Shown here: positions 13,528 to 24,789 of the stretch, one piece after another
Position numbering within the stretch: position 1 is the stretch's first letter
Layout of the letters: the number at the start of each line of letters is the position of its first letter
Assembly (NCBI RefSeq): GCF_006345805.1
Contig: NC_042997.1
Span: 1,364,001 to 1,428,000 of the forward strand
Direction: 5' to 3'
Origin: Octopus sinensis
Lineage: Eukaryota
DNA: 64,000 nt
The notes under the pieces: model-generated
What the model saw: the letters and a program-made list of their open reading frames with translations, nothing else
Database searches by the model: none
Told to the model about the DNA's origin: nothing
Made by a program: the position numbers and the translations under genes

Positions 13528-15009
13528 GAATCAGTTCTGCTGACGATCATTAGACGCAAGTTGTATGTGAAATCACGGTGATACAGAACATAATTCATTT
13601 TTAAATGTTGCTTTGAAAAACTGCATTTGGGTATGATTAGTATAATTTTGGTAGTAATGACTCTGTCCCTCCTAGTGTGAGGCATTTATGTGTAATAATG
13701 CCCTCTATACAATATAGATATAATTAATTTGTTCAGAAGAAAAAAATTATTTTCGGATTCTTTTCTTTTATGAGGTTTTCACGCTAGCTACCTGATAATT
13801 TCTTGTTAAGATCCCTTATTAAGAGATTATCCTTAATTGTTAAACTTATTCCGAAATACTTTTCATTACCCGACATGCAGTTCGTAAAAAGCCCGCCATT
13901 TACCGGATATATGATTTATAAACATTCCATGTGCTTGGCGGAGTGAGCAGTTGTCTGTTCGTCTTCGCTACGTAAGGTTAGTTTATTTATGATATATTCA
14001 GAATCAGTTCTGCTGACGATCATTAGACGCAAGTTGTATGTGAAATCACGGTGATACAGAACATAATTCATTTTTAAATGTCTTGCTTTGAAAAACTGCA
14101 TTTGGGTATGATTAGTATATTTTGGTAGTAATGACTCTGTCCCTCCTAGTGTGAGGCATTTATGTAATAATGCCCTCTATACAATATAGATATAATTAAT
14201 TGTTCAGAAGAAAAAAATTATTTTCGGATTCTTTTCTTTTATGAGGTTTTACGCTAGCTACCTGATAATTTCTTGTTAAGATCCCTTATTAAGAGATTAT
14301 CCTTAATGTTAAACTTATTCCGAAATACTTTTCATTACCCGACATGCAGTTCGTAAAAAGCCCGCCATTTACCGGATATATGATTTATAAACATTCCATG
14401 TGCTTGGCCGGAGTGAGCAGTGTCTGTTCGTCTTCGCTACGTAAGGTTAGTTTATTTATGATATTCAGAATCAGTTCTGCGACGATCATTAGACGCAAGT
14501 TGTATGTGAAATCACGGTGATACAGAACATAATTCATTTTTAAATGTCTTGCTTTGAAAAACTGCATTTGGGTATGATTAGTATAATTTTGGTAGTAATG
14601 ACTCTGTCCCTCCTAGTGTGAGGCATTTATGTGTAATAATGCCCTCTATACAATATAGATATAATTATTTGTTCAGAAGAAAAAAAATATTTTCGGATTC
14701 TTTTCTTTTATGAGGTTTTCACGCTAGCTACCTGATAATTTCTTGTTAAGATCCCTTATAAGAGATTATCCTTAATTGTTAAACTTATTCCGAAATACTT
14801 TTCATTACCCGACATGCAGTTCGTAAAAAGCCCGCCATTTACCGGATATATGATTTATAAACATTCCATGTGCTTGGCCGGAGTGAGCAGTTGTCTGTTC
14901 GTCTTCGCTACGTAAGGTTAGTTTATTTATGATATATTCAGAATCAGTTCTGCTGACGATCATTAGACGCAAGTTGTATGTGAAATCACGGTGATACAGA
15001 ACATAATTC
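13528..15009 (+). ncRNA. Four more plus-strand hammerhead copies: 13528-13596, 14001-14069, 14468-14535 (core lacks U4), 14941-15009
   Basis: Same motif in each unit. The 14468 copy reads CGACGA instead of CTGACGA, a 1-nt deletion that could be a read error. Confidence 0.78.
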
Positions 15010-15135
15010 ATTTTTAAATGTCTTGCTTTGAAAAATGCATTTGGGTATGATTAGTATAATTTTGGTAGTAATGACTCTGTCCCTCCTAGTGTGAGGCATT
15101 TATGTGTAATAATGCCCTCTACAATATATATATAT

Positions 15136-15189
<54 letters not shown>

Positions 15190-15945
15190 TATATATATGT
15201 ATATATATGCATATATATACATGTAGATGTACGTACGTACATATATGTATGTATGTATGCATATATTTTATTTATTAAATTAGTGTATGACTGAGTACCC
15301 TCGCATCGTTTCGTTTCTTTTCTTTTCTCCAAGTAAGTTTTTATATATAATTATGACGCGAAACTCTGTAACCCTTTGCTTGACCTTTCCTTCCTTCCTG
15401 TCTGTCTTCCTCTTTGCCTGTCTGTCTCCTTCTTATTTTTCACCCTTTCTGGTTTCCTTTCCTCTCTATCTCTCTCTCTCTCTCTCTCACTCCTCCTCAT
15501 CTCTCTCACTGCCAAGTCGACCAGCTTCCTTTCACCCGCAGCCTTCTACAGGTCAACACGACTTTTTTCTTGCGCTCTGAGTTTTTCCATCGTCTAGGCT
15601 TAAAAAAGGCCCTCAATGTAGGTTTCCTTGTCCTGTTTTTATTATTTATGTGTACTGTATTTTTTTTGTATTTGCATTTGTATTTTTATCTGTATTTTTA
15701 TTTGTATTTCTTTTACGTCCTGTTCTTGTCACATTTTTTCTTTCCTTGTTTTTACCCCTCTGCAAAGGAATTTTATTTAATTCTTTTGCAGGAAGGACTG
15801 GTTCGACGCATGGAGTCGAACCAGGGACAGCTGATAAAAGGGAATATTCCTTGTATTGTTTGTCTTGTACTCTGTTTTTTCATCGTTAAAAAAAGTTCGT
15901 TTCCACGTTTGCTTTTATGTTTTCGTTTCTCGTTGAGTTCTACGT

Positions 15946-16149
15946 CAATTTGTGGTGTCCTGTACTCATATATATATATATATATATATATAGATATATA
16001 TATATAATATATATATATACATATGCATGTATATATACATGTAGATGTAGGTACGTACAAATATGTATGCATATATTTTATTTATTAATTATTGTATGAC
16101 TGAGCGCCCTCGCGTCGTTTCGTTTTCTTTTCTTTTCTCCAAGTAAGTT

Positions 16150-16150
<1 letters not shown>
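15946..16150 (+). repeat. Paralog of the array's flanks (11455-11490 + 15126-15345) lacking the 475-bp array
   Basis: TTTGTGGTGTCCTGTACTCA(TA)n...GTAGATGTA.GTACGTAC...TTTTCTCCAAGTAAGTTT is contiguous here but split by the array upstream. Confidence 0.8.
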
Positions 16151-16184
<34 letters not shown>

Positions 16185-16199
16185 ATGTGTGTGTGTGTG

Positions 16200-16246
<47 letters not shown>

Positions 16247-16369
16247 TATTTATTTGCAAGTACTCCGTTGTAATATACTGATACGCTTTGCAATTCTGGA
16301 TTGTGAAGGCGTAGTGATAATATCTGTTTCCTGATGGTAAAGAGAAAACGAGAAGGGAGAAAGTTAACG

Positions 16370-16540
16370 GAACATTTTCCATGCTTCTGGTTGTAAGAAA
16401 ATATATTTTTTCCTTGAGTTTACAATAAGGGTTAAATTTCTTCGTTTCTAGATTTATACTAACATCTAAATAACTTATCTTAGAAAGATTAGTATCTACT
16501 TTCAGTCCTAGTCCTAAATATTTGAAGTATGTGATCGGGT
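16370..16540 (-). pseudogene. Penelope-like RT C-terminal fragment
   Basis: FKYLGLGLKVDTNLSKISYLDVSINLETKKFNPYCK resembles the PLE 'F..LGL.IT...N...V.FLDV.LNL....Y.PY.KP' region; short and degraded. Confidence 0.5.
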
Positions 16541-18774
16541 CACCTTTGACAAAGGCCATGCAATACTTATTTATGACATCCAACGTGGCCAGACACTCAA
16601 CTCGGTATATCAATGTATCGTTTTTTTTGGAATCATTGTGAATTCATTAAAAATATATAGGTCAATTATATTGCTATCTAGCACAATATCAACCTTGATT
16701 GATTGGGCCTATAATCGAAGTCTTCTCGAAATTATCTATATTTATTAACAGATGTTGCAATTTGAGTGGCATTATCGCTATTCGACCAGTTCTCTTAATA
16801 TTTAAAACTTGATCGCTAGTCCATCTCTACTCATATTATCTTTAAGTTATAATCTATTGGCGTGTTTACTATGTATAAAGTCAATGCCCTCCTCTACTTT
16901 AGTGTATATTTAATGTTCCACCAAACAACTACATAATATACATATGCAAATACATTTTGCTATGACATTTATAAAGTAATTATGGCAGAAGTGTACGTTT
17001 TCTTTTCAAAAATTCTGTTTTGTTATTACTAATAAATGAATAACATAAAAAATAGTAAAATCATTGTTTTGTTTATTGTAATAGTGTTGCATAAAATCAA
17101 TATGCTACTAATGATAATATAGCGTTAAAATATTTTTCGTTCAACTAATTGTTTTTACAATGTAATGTGTAAATAAAATTTAGACTTACTGAGTAAGTTC
17201 ATACTTCCGTGTTATTTAGTCATCCTTAAACAAATACTTTGTTGTGAAATAAATTTTTTCCTATCTCTATGTAGGCGTATAGAATATATATATTTTGAAA
17301 TTATCTTGTTTTCTGCTGGGCCAAGCTGCGTTGATATCAAAGTAAGTTGCGTTTATTCTATAAATATTTTATTTGATGACATTCATTACTATCTTCTTAT
17401 TAAGTACGTCATTTTACAAATTGCAAATATTGTTATTTTTCATCCGCATGGATGGTGGCTATTTACTTACAGATTAAACGTAATAAATGAGAAGAAATAC
17501 TTCCAATAGCTTATATACGTTTTTCTAGGAAGCAGCGCTGAATAGATGAAGTTTGAAGATGATCGATCTGGATTGAAAATAGTAAATTTGTTCATACTTC
17601 AAAATAGCAAGGTTAAATAAGATTTCTTGTTAAGTGAACTCCACTGGCGATACAGACTTATACTCATGTCATAGTAATTAACGTCATAGCCAGTTTGGCT
17701 TTTGTTCCCCTGAGCAAAATCTGCCTTTTATGGAATGTATTTCTAGATTTCATGCAGCAGTATTTAGTCAATAGCTTTCTATTAGCAACGAATATGATAT
17801 AAATTCTTCTCGGTAACCTTTACTTACAGAATCCTATTAATTGCAGCTATCTGGCCATACAATCTATCTTTGCAGGAAACACCTAAACAATGATTCTATC
17901 ATCTGCTGTCCACTAAATCATATTTACAACTAATTCATTTTTAAGCTAAAGATCCCCGACAATGCGTTGATATGCAATTCTATATTATGTAACAATATTA
18001 TATTAATAAGTCACTCACCTGGAATTTGAGATTCCAGAATTTATGAAAGTAATGAAGAAATCAATTTTAAGAACAAAAGCTACCTTAAATTTATCTGAAA
18101 TATTGTTCATGATTGCATTAAAATGCTTTACAGGGCACTCAACCTGAAGTTATTCAATACAGAGTCCATTTTTATTAGAATTTTCTGGAACAATTATTGT
18201 TCTCAAGACCTTACATCATGAGATGCACAATTTGGAAAGCTTTTCAGATAAAATCTGCTGACATTTACCTGACTGCTAATTTCACAGAGATATATTGAAC
18301 CTTATATACACTTCAATTTGAGCTTCAGTTATTCAGCGTACTATTTCAGTACATCAAATTTTCATTCAGCTATCAATTTTAATGTGTCTCGATCTGATAC
18401 TAACGAAACATATTAATTTTTGTTGTGGATATTTACTTTCATGATGCTGAAACTATATTACAGTTAAAAAGAACGGGATACATATTTGGCAAATTATGGA
18501 TACGTTTTGGATAGAAGGAATATCTCTATAATGATTATATTGTTAATAACATTATAAGTGTGATCAAAATGTTTGAAAAGAAAGAAATTGTGGGCACTAT
18601 TTATTTCTAATAATATGTAAGCTTTTTATTTATTACAAAACATTTCTGAATACTTACCGATTTTTTATCTGTAGAAACATAAATAGTTTACTGTAAATTT
18701 GAAAATATTTTCAGTATATTATCCGTCATATAGATGCAAGCCGAACTGTATGCTGGGCTTGTTTAGCACAAAGC

Positions 18775-18956
18775 CAGTAAGTTCAAGGGGTAGGTTTCAT
18801 CGACCCCCATTGCTCAAATGGTACTTATTTTATCGACCTCGAATATATGAAAGACAAAGTTAATCCCGGCGGAATTTTTACCCATAACATAAAGACGGAC
18901 AAAAGACGCTAAGTAATTTGCCCGGCGTGCTAACAGTTCTGCTAGCTCACCGCCTT
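18775..18956 (-). mobile_element. SINE family D (GGCGGCGAGCTGGCAG head), diverged copy
   Basis: Reverse complement aligns by eye to the units at 45.5 kb (GGCGGTGAGCTAGCAGAA..GTTAGCACGCCGGGCAAAT). Confidence 0.7.
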
Positions 18957-19472
18957 GATATTGGCTCAGGATAATAACGGCCATTTACCTCTTTCACTTG
19001 TTATCAGTTTTAACAAGCTTACACATTTGATAAGCTTCTGCGAACAATTCTTTCTTCTCTCGAATTTTTGCATGTTTCTTCAGACATCAACATTTATATT
19101 AGGTACTGTAGGGAGCCACTACACAGAATAATTGTGACTGGATATCATGGTTGATGGCTTTCATTATATTGGAAATAAAATCATTAAAAAAAATCCGATT
19201 CACTGTTGCTACATTCCAAATAATTTAAACGACAGATTTCTTTAATATATAATTTATATTGGGAGTATAATTCCATTTACATTTAAACCACGCCGTCGGT
19301 GTTATTTACATTTTGAACAGCGTTTTAAGATGCAGTTAAAACTGAAGTCCTTTCAGAACGAATGCGTTAAATGTAGGTAAGTACAGATAAAACAAATTTA
19401 TTGTGAGCTATCAGCATCAATCGGAAATAGCAAGTACTTTTTACATGTGAAGAATGGAGTCAACATGATATA

Positions 19473-20310
19473 TTAGGTTGGCAGCTAAGTTCCCGACGAT
19501 TTTTTAAAATTAAAATCGTTTGAAAGGTTTCATAAATAATAACAACTAATTAATCAATAATGTATTCAACCTTGTTGCTTACCACTTCTTTCCAACATTC
19601 AACAAGATTTTCAATACCTCGTTCGTCGAAATCACCCGATTTCGACTCGAAAAATTGATCCAACCAAGCTCTCAATTTTGCATCAGTATTGAACGAAACT
19701 CCGCGCATAGCATTTGAAAGAAATCGAAAGAGGTGGAAATCCGTTGGTGCCAAATCAGAAGAGTACACCGGGTGTGGCAGCACTGCTCAGCCATGCGTTT
19801 GAATGAATTCCTTGGTCATATTGGCGATGAGGGTGGGCGTTGTCGTGCAGCAGAACTCCGTGCTGCCGATTAGGTGTTTTCTCTTGAATAGCTGTGTTGA
19901 GTTGTTACATCTGTTAAACATAGAGTCCCGCGTTGACCGTTTGTTTCCGTTCAAGCAATTCGTAATGGATAATCCCTTCCCAGTCCCACCATACGCATAA
20001 CATCGTTTTAGGCGGATGAAATTCATGTTTCCCGCACGGTATCGCTTGTTTACCGGGGCTAAGCCATTCCTTTTGTTGCTTCATATTGATGTACATAAAT
20101 CATTTTTCGTCGCCAGTAACTATTCGGTAAAGAAATCGTTGCTTGTGTCTGTGAGTTGAGCGGTGACGAGCAACCAAAACAGCGGAGATTGTGGCTCGTT
20201 GGTTTGTGTTGTTATCACTTAAAGCATGCGGAACCCATGCTCCATACTTCTGATCCTTTCCCATCGGGTGAAGATGCTTCTGTATAGTAGTGTTGGAGCA
20301 TTATCCAACA
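19473..20310 (-). mobile_element. mariner (D,D34D-type) transposon, 5'-truncated, transposase pseudogene
   Basis: TA followed by TIR TTAGGTTGGCAGCTAAG. Translated pieces include TGD, MLCVWWDWEGIIHYELL, HDNA and HPVYSSDLAPTDFHLF. Homologous to 62091-63380. Confidence 0.92.
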
Positions 20311-20481
20311 CGCTAAAGCACGGTTTCATATACTTGCATAATTGCACGTATAATGTTAAAATATTAGCACAAAAAAGATACGATTGTATGTGTTGTGTGA
20401 ATGTATACACACATACATACATACACAGACACAGACACAGATACACGCGCGCACACACACACACACGCACACACATATATA

Positions 20482-20880
20482 TACTCTTTTACTTGTTTCA
20501 GTAATTTGACTGCGGCCATGCTGGAGCACCGCCTTTAGTCGAGCAAATCGACCCCGGGACTTATTCTTTGTAAGCCCAGTACTTATTCTATCGGTCTGTT
20601 TTGCCGAACCGCTAGGTGACGGGGACGTAAATATACCAGCCAGCATCGGTTGTCAAGCAATGTTAGGGGGACACAGACACACAAACACATACACACACAT
20701 ACATATATATACATATATACGACAGGCTTCTTTCAGTTTCCGTCTACCAAATCCACTCACAAGGCATTGGTCGGCCCGGGGCTATAGCAGAAGACACTTG
20801 CCCAAGATGCCACGCAGTGTGACTGAACCCGGAACCATGTAGTTGGTTAGCAAGCTACTTACCACACAGCCACTCCTGCG

Positions 20881-20883
<3 letters not shown>
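20482..20883 (-). mobile_element. SINE family B, full length
   Basis: Same head, body and tail as 8745-9165. Confidence 0.85.
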
Positions 20884-20916
<33 letters not shown>

Positions 20917-20976
20917 CATCCATCCATATATATGTGTGTGTATGTGTATCTGTGGATGTATATATATATAATATAT

Positions 20977-21030
<54 letters not shown>

Positions 21031-23132
21031 TGTAGACAAATAGACAGAGAGCGAGAGAGAAAGAAAGAAAGATCATAAATGCGCACGAAATATTTTGTAT
21101 ACAAATAACAAGCCTTTATCACCCACTTGTGCGAAATTAAATCCTAACTTGCCTATGGACGTTAATACAGGTACAGAGTCCAAAACTAACCTGTTTTATT
21201 TACTCAGAAATATGACAGCATCAGTTGATATTACCTATCCAAAACGATAAAGAACGCACACCATTCAATCATACCTTACATTTATTTCCTATGTCACTGA
21301 TGCATATTAAACGATGAAAAGTTATTCTGTAGATATCCATACCAGAAAATGAAACGTGTGACCGTAAGTAGTTTCAGTAGCTTGCTTAACGCATTGAGAT
21401 ATTCATTTATCAGAGACATTGAAAGCGAGACATAACCTATAATCTGTCATTCAGGTGAATGAAGAAGGTTTTAGTATTTTTCTCTAGTGGTACTGATATA
21501 AAATACGATAAACGTATAACAGAATGCATCAATTACAATAACTATATATCATAACAAATTCTTACTGTCAACCATTTAAATAATGACTTAGACCGTAGTT
21601 GCAAACCACGCATTTATTTTGTCAGCAGATGAAAGACTATTGTTTTATAAGCTTAGCCGGAAAATCGGTTTATTTTGATTCTTCCCTTCATGTTCTAGAT
21701 GGAAGCTAGAAGCATCTAATCAGCTGCGGCGTAATAGCTCAATCTAGATTCTCATAATCTTTGATGCTGACGCAAGGGATATAAAGATATAGGACTGTAA
21801 TCAAAGGTTTATTATTCCTGGTAATATTAACAAAGCTACCGTAATTAGCTTAAACATTCAATTTATCATTATATGTACATATGCATACACAATTCGACAA
21901 GTAGTAATGTCCTTATGTGTCTGTATTCGATAAATGCTAGAAGCATACGTATGCAATTCCATTTATTTAAACATATGTTCTTTGTACTTTACATACGTGC
22001 AATCATACATATATGTAAATGCACAAACGGATACGCACATATAAGTATCTGTGTGTGTCTGTCTCTAAGCAGTATAATGGGTGTCTTTATGCGATGCGTG
22101 TGCGTGCGCGTGTCGGAGTCTGCGTGCGTGTTTATACGTGTCTTTTCTATGTGAATATTGGATTATTTTTAATGGTACGTAAGGGATAAGCAACAAAATT
22201 TACGCTAGCTTTTGCCTTACATTCTTTGCATCATAACTGTTGTATTAAGTGAATTTAACTCACGTTGTGACTAACATGCGTGCTCTTAGATCGGATATCT
22301 TGTAACGAGAGCAAGCCTAGTATTCTCAAGGGACTCATAATTATTTAGAAGTACATAAGTGAGTCATTTATCCACACGCGTCCAGATAAACTATCCTAAG
22401 TATAAAGAGAACCACATATTATTTATCTTGTGGAAAGGGTAAATTACAAATTTACCTCCATGCTACATTAGACTTTTAATAATAACAATGATAATATCAG
22501 TATGTCATATTTTATTATTGTAGACTCTTCTTTCTCATTTTGACATTTTAGCGAAACTTATTCCTGTAAACGGTTTTGTAAGGTATAATATACGAACATA
22601 ATGTTCATTATTTTCGGATGTTTCACTGTTTCACATAGTTATAATTTGTGTAAAGTAAAGTAAAAAAACAGGCTTATTAATTCAATTTATATATCGTTTG
22701 GTAGTTAATATTGTTAAATAATTTAAGTTATAGTCAAAGCTCTTCCAGCGGTCACAACTTCGACACGTCACACAATGATGTGTTACGAAAATCTGTCCAA
22801 AATTAGCTTCGATACGTCACTATCGCCTTGTTTGGTTATAGCAACACAATATGGCTAAATGTTTTATTATTTTAGACATTGGAATCTGCTTATATCTAAC
22901 GAGAGATATGTCATATGATGTAAATATATATTTGGAATATGCTACTTAATATTTTCAAATATTACTAGCCGAGGTTACTTCATAATAGAAAACATTACAC
23001 TATTGCTGTAAAACCCTTAGACTAATAGCCTCTAATCGCCAAATTTAGCATGTTTCTTTTTAATGCAGGGTTACCTACATATCAAACAGCATATACAAGT
23101 ATATTTGTAGATGTAGGCGTATCAGTGCGCGC

Positions 23133-23189
<57 letters not shown>

Positions 23190-23198
23190 TATATATAT

Positions 23199-24003
23199 AG
23201 TGAGAATTCACAAATAAAAGGACGAAGACAGGTGGTGTAGACAACAAACAGGTGTATTAGTTTTACGCTCGGAGAGTGAAAACGCCTTTACCGTTTCGAG
23301 CCTACGCTCTACCACAGAAAAGAACACAGAAAGAAACAAGGAGAGAAAATAAAGAATATGTAATGGCTAGCGATCTATCATGGAGAATGCCGGACAGTGG
23401 GGTCACACAGGAGAGCACAGGATGAAGGGGAGAACGAAGTTGCGCGTGTGTGTGCATAAGAGAGTATGTATGTCCGTGTGGAAGAGAGCTGGTGACCTTG
23501 ACTTGTGCGTGTGTATATGTGTAGGTGTATGGGAAGTGTGTGTGTGTGTATGAGAAGTGGTCAGTGTTAGTGTGTGCGTTGTGCTGTGATGTGATGTGGT
23601 GTAGTTGTGGTATGGTGGTGTATAGTGTGTGGTGTGGTGGGATGGTGTTAGGATGTTGGAGAAGCGAGAGGGGGAAAGGCAAGGGTGGGGTAGTCGAGGT
23701 GTACGTGGGAATGGGTATAAGGGGTGGGGTGGTTGGTGGGGGTGGATAAGGAAAGTGGGGTTAGACTGTGCTGGGTAGGGTTACGAGGGAGGGGTGACGA
23801 TGAAGGGAGAGCGGGAGGGGAGAAAGTGGGTAGGAGTGAAGAGAAGAGAGAAGGGGAGTAGGAATGAAGAGAAGTGGTAGCCGGAGCAAGAGAGGAGAGG
23901 TGGGTGGGAGGAAGTAGGTGTGAGAGGGAAAAAGGAGAGGGGAGGAGAGTTTAGCCTATGTGGCGCATATGAGCGAAGAGAGAAGATTAATCTCTGTTCA
24001 CCT
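23199..24003 (-). mobile_element. 5'-truncated Penelope-like copy (last codons of GIY-YIG ORF, CA/CT-rich 3' region, hammerhead-like terminal repeat)
   Basis: Minus strand 24000-23941 translates EQRLIFSLRSYAPHRLNSPPL, matching the ORF end at 38453 (EHELFFSLRFFARHALNSPHL). The terminal part is homologous to 39190-39340 and ends at (TA)n. Confidence 0.75.
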
Positions 24004-24060
24004 CACACACACACACACACACATATAAATAAATAAATAAATATATATATATATATATAG

Positions 24061-24129
<69 letters not shown>

Positions 24130-24247
24130 AGAGATTTAGAAATTTAGTATTTCTTATTTTGATAATCAGTGAATAGACTTCACTGAATTATAGATATACA
24201 CAATACGAGGTCGAGAAAAATATCGCCAGCTGACCGGTGTCTGCTAC

Positions 24248-24292
24248 TCTAGGCCGATGAAGGACAACGATCCTGAAACACGTGTCCCTAGA
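24248..24292 (+). ncRNA. Minimal type I hammerhead-like motif, predicted GUC^ after 24286
   Basis: TCTAGG-CCGATGA-AGGA(CAACGA)TCCT-GAAA-CACGTG-TC-CCTAGA gives a 6-bp stem I, a 4-bp stem II and a palindromic stem III (ACACGTGT). The core has U4C. Confidence 0.65.
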
Positions 24293-24461
24293 TGCAACTC
24301 CGGCGGCCGGGGGTGTTTGTCTCCCCTTCGTAAATGTATATAAGTTCACAGGGAAAAATGTGTCAAAGCCATCAGGAGGCGTCGATGCTTCCTAGGGCTA
24401 TACAGCGGTGTGTATACCCCTACTGTCACGTTCGTGTTAGATTGACAGTATACAACCATTC

Positions 24462-24510
<49 letters not shown>

Positions 24511-24513
<3 letters not shown>

Positions 24514-24695
24514 TGTCCCAGATGAACCAACTTCACGGCAGGAGGGGCAGATGAGGGCAGCTGCATCGAACTCTCTCATGCACCAAATAGCAGTTGCTAG
24601 AAAGCCTCCATGAAGTGAAACCAAGTAGCAACACCAAATGGCGGTGCCCCAGCATGGCCACAGCTCATGAGCTGAAACTGGAATCAATCAATCAA
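24511..24695 (+). mobile_element. 3' end of CR1-type LINE
   Basis: CPDEPTSRQEGQMRAAASNSLMHQI matches the ORF2 end at ~48.1 kb ([24 protein letters not shown]); tail is CATGGCCACAGCTCATGAGCTGAAAC then (ATCA)n. Confidence 0.8.
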
Positions 24696-24789
24696 TCAAT
24701 CAATCATATATATATACATACATACGTATATATACATACCTATGCCTATTCCCCATTTTTGGGGAGGGGTATCCACTAGAAGACACACA

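Larger units (their letters stand above)
11491..15125. mobile_element. ~475-bp hammerhead-ribozyme tandem repeat (candidate non-LTR retrozyme or tandem PLE terminal repeat); arm 1 is 11491-12833 (~2.8 units), arm 2 is 12834-~15125 (~4.8 units, inverted)
   Basis: Period is 475 (TTTAACAATT at 11496 and 11971; repeated ORF starts at 11713/12188/12663). Orientation switches at ...CCAAGCA|GCTAGCTACC. Both ends abut (TA)n, and every unit carries a hammerhead fold. Confidence 0.9.

Noticed and set aside
11713-15011. Repeated ORF MQFFKARHLKMNYVLY... as a tandem gene family
   Set aside because: It arises from the repeat unit, is antisense to the ribozyme strand, has variable ends and has no recognisable domain.
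11491-15125. CRISPR-like, SL-RNA, Helitron or Pol III reading of the 475-bp array
   Set aside because: There are no unique spacers. The AATTTTGG Sm-like site lacks SL context. The junction is CTAGC|T without a GC-rich subterminal hairpin. A/B-box-like motifs are too close together, and T4-T5 runs interrupt the monomer.
15822-15856. CTGATAA-AAGG(GAATATT)CCTT-G as another hammerhead
   Set aside because: No GAAA follows and there is no stem I or III; at best a relic.
18019-18143. Minus-strand exon ending at CAG|GTGAGT
   Set aside because: Short open frame in AT-rich DNA with no recognisable product; a chance donor is plausible.
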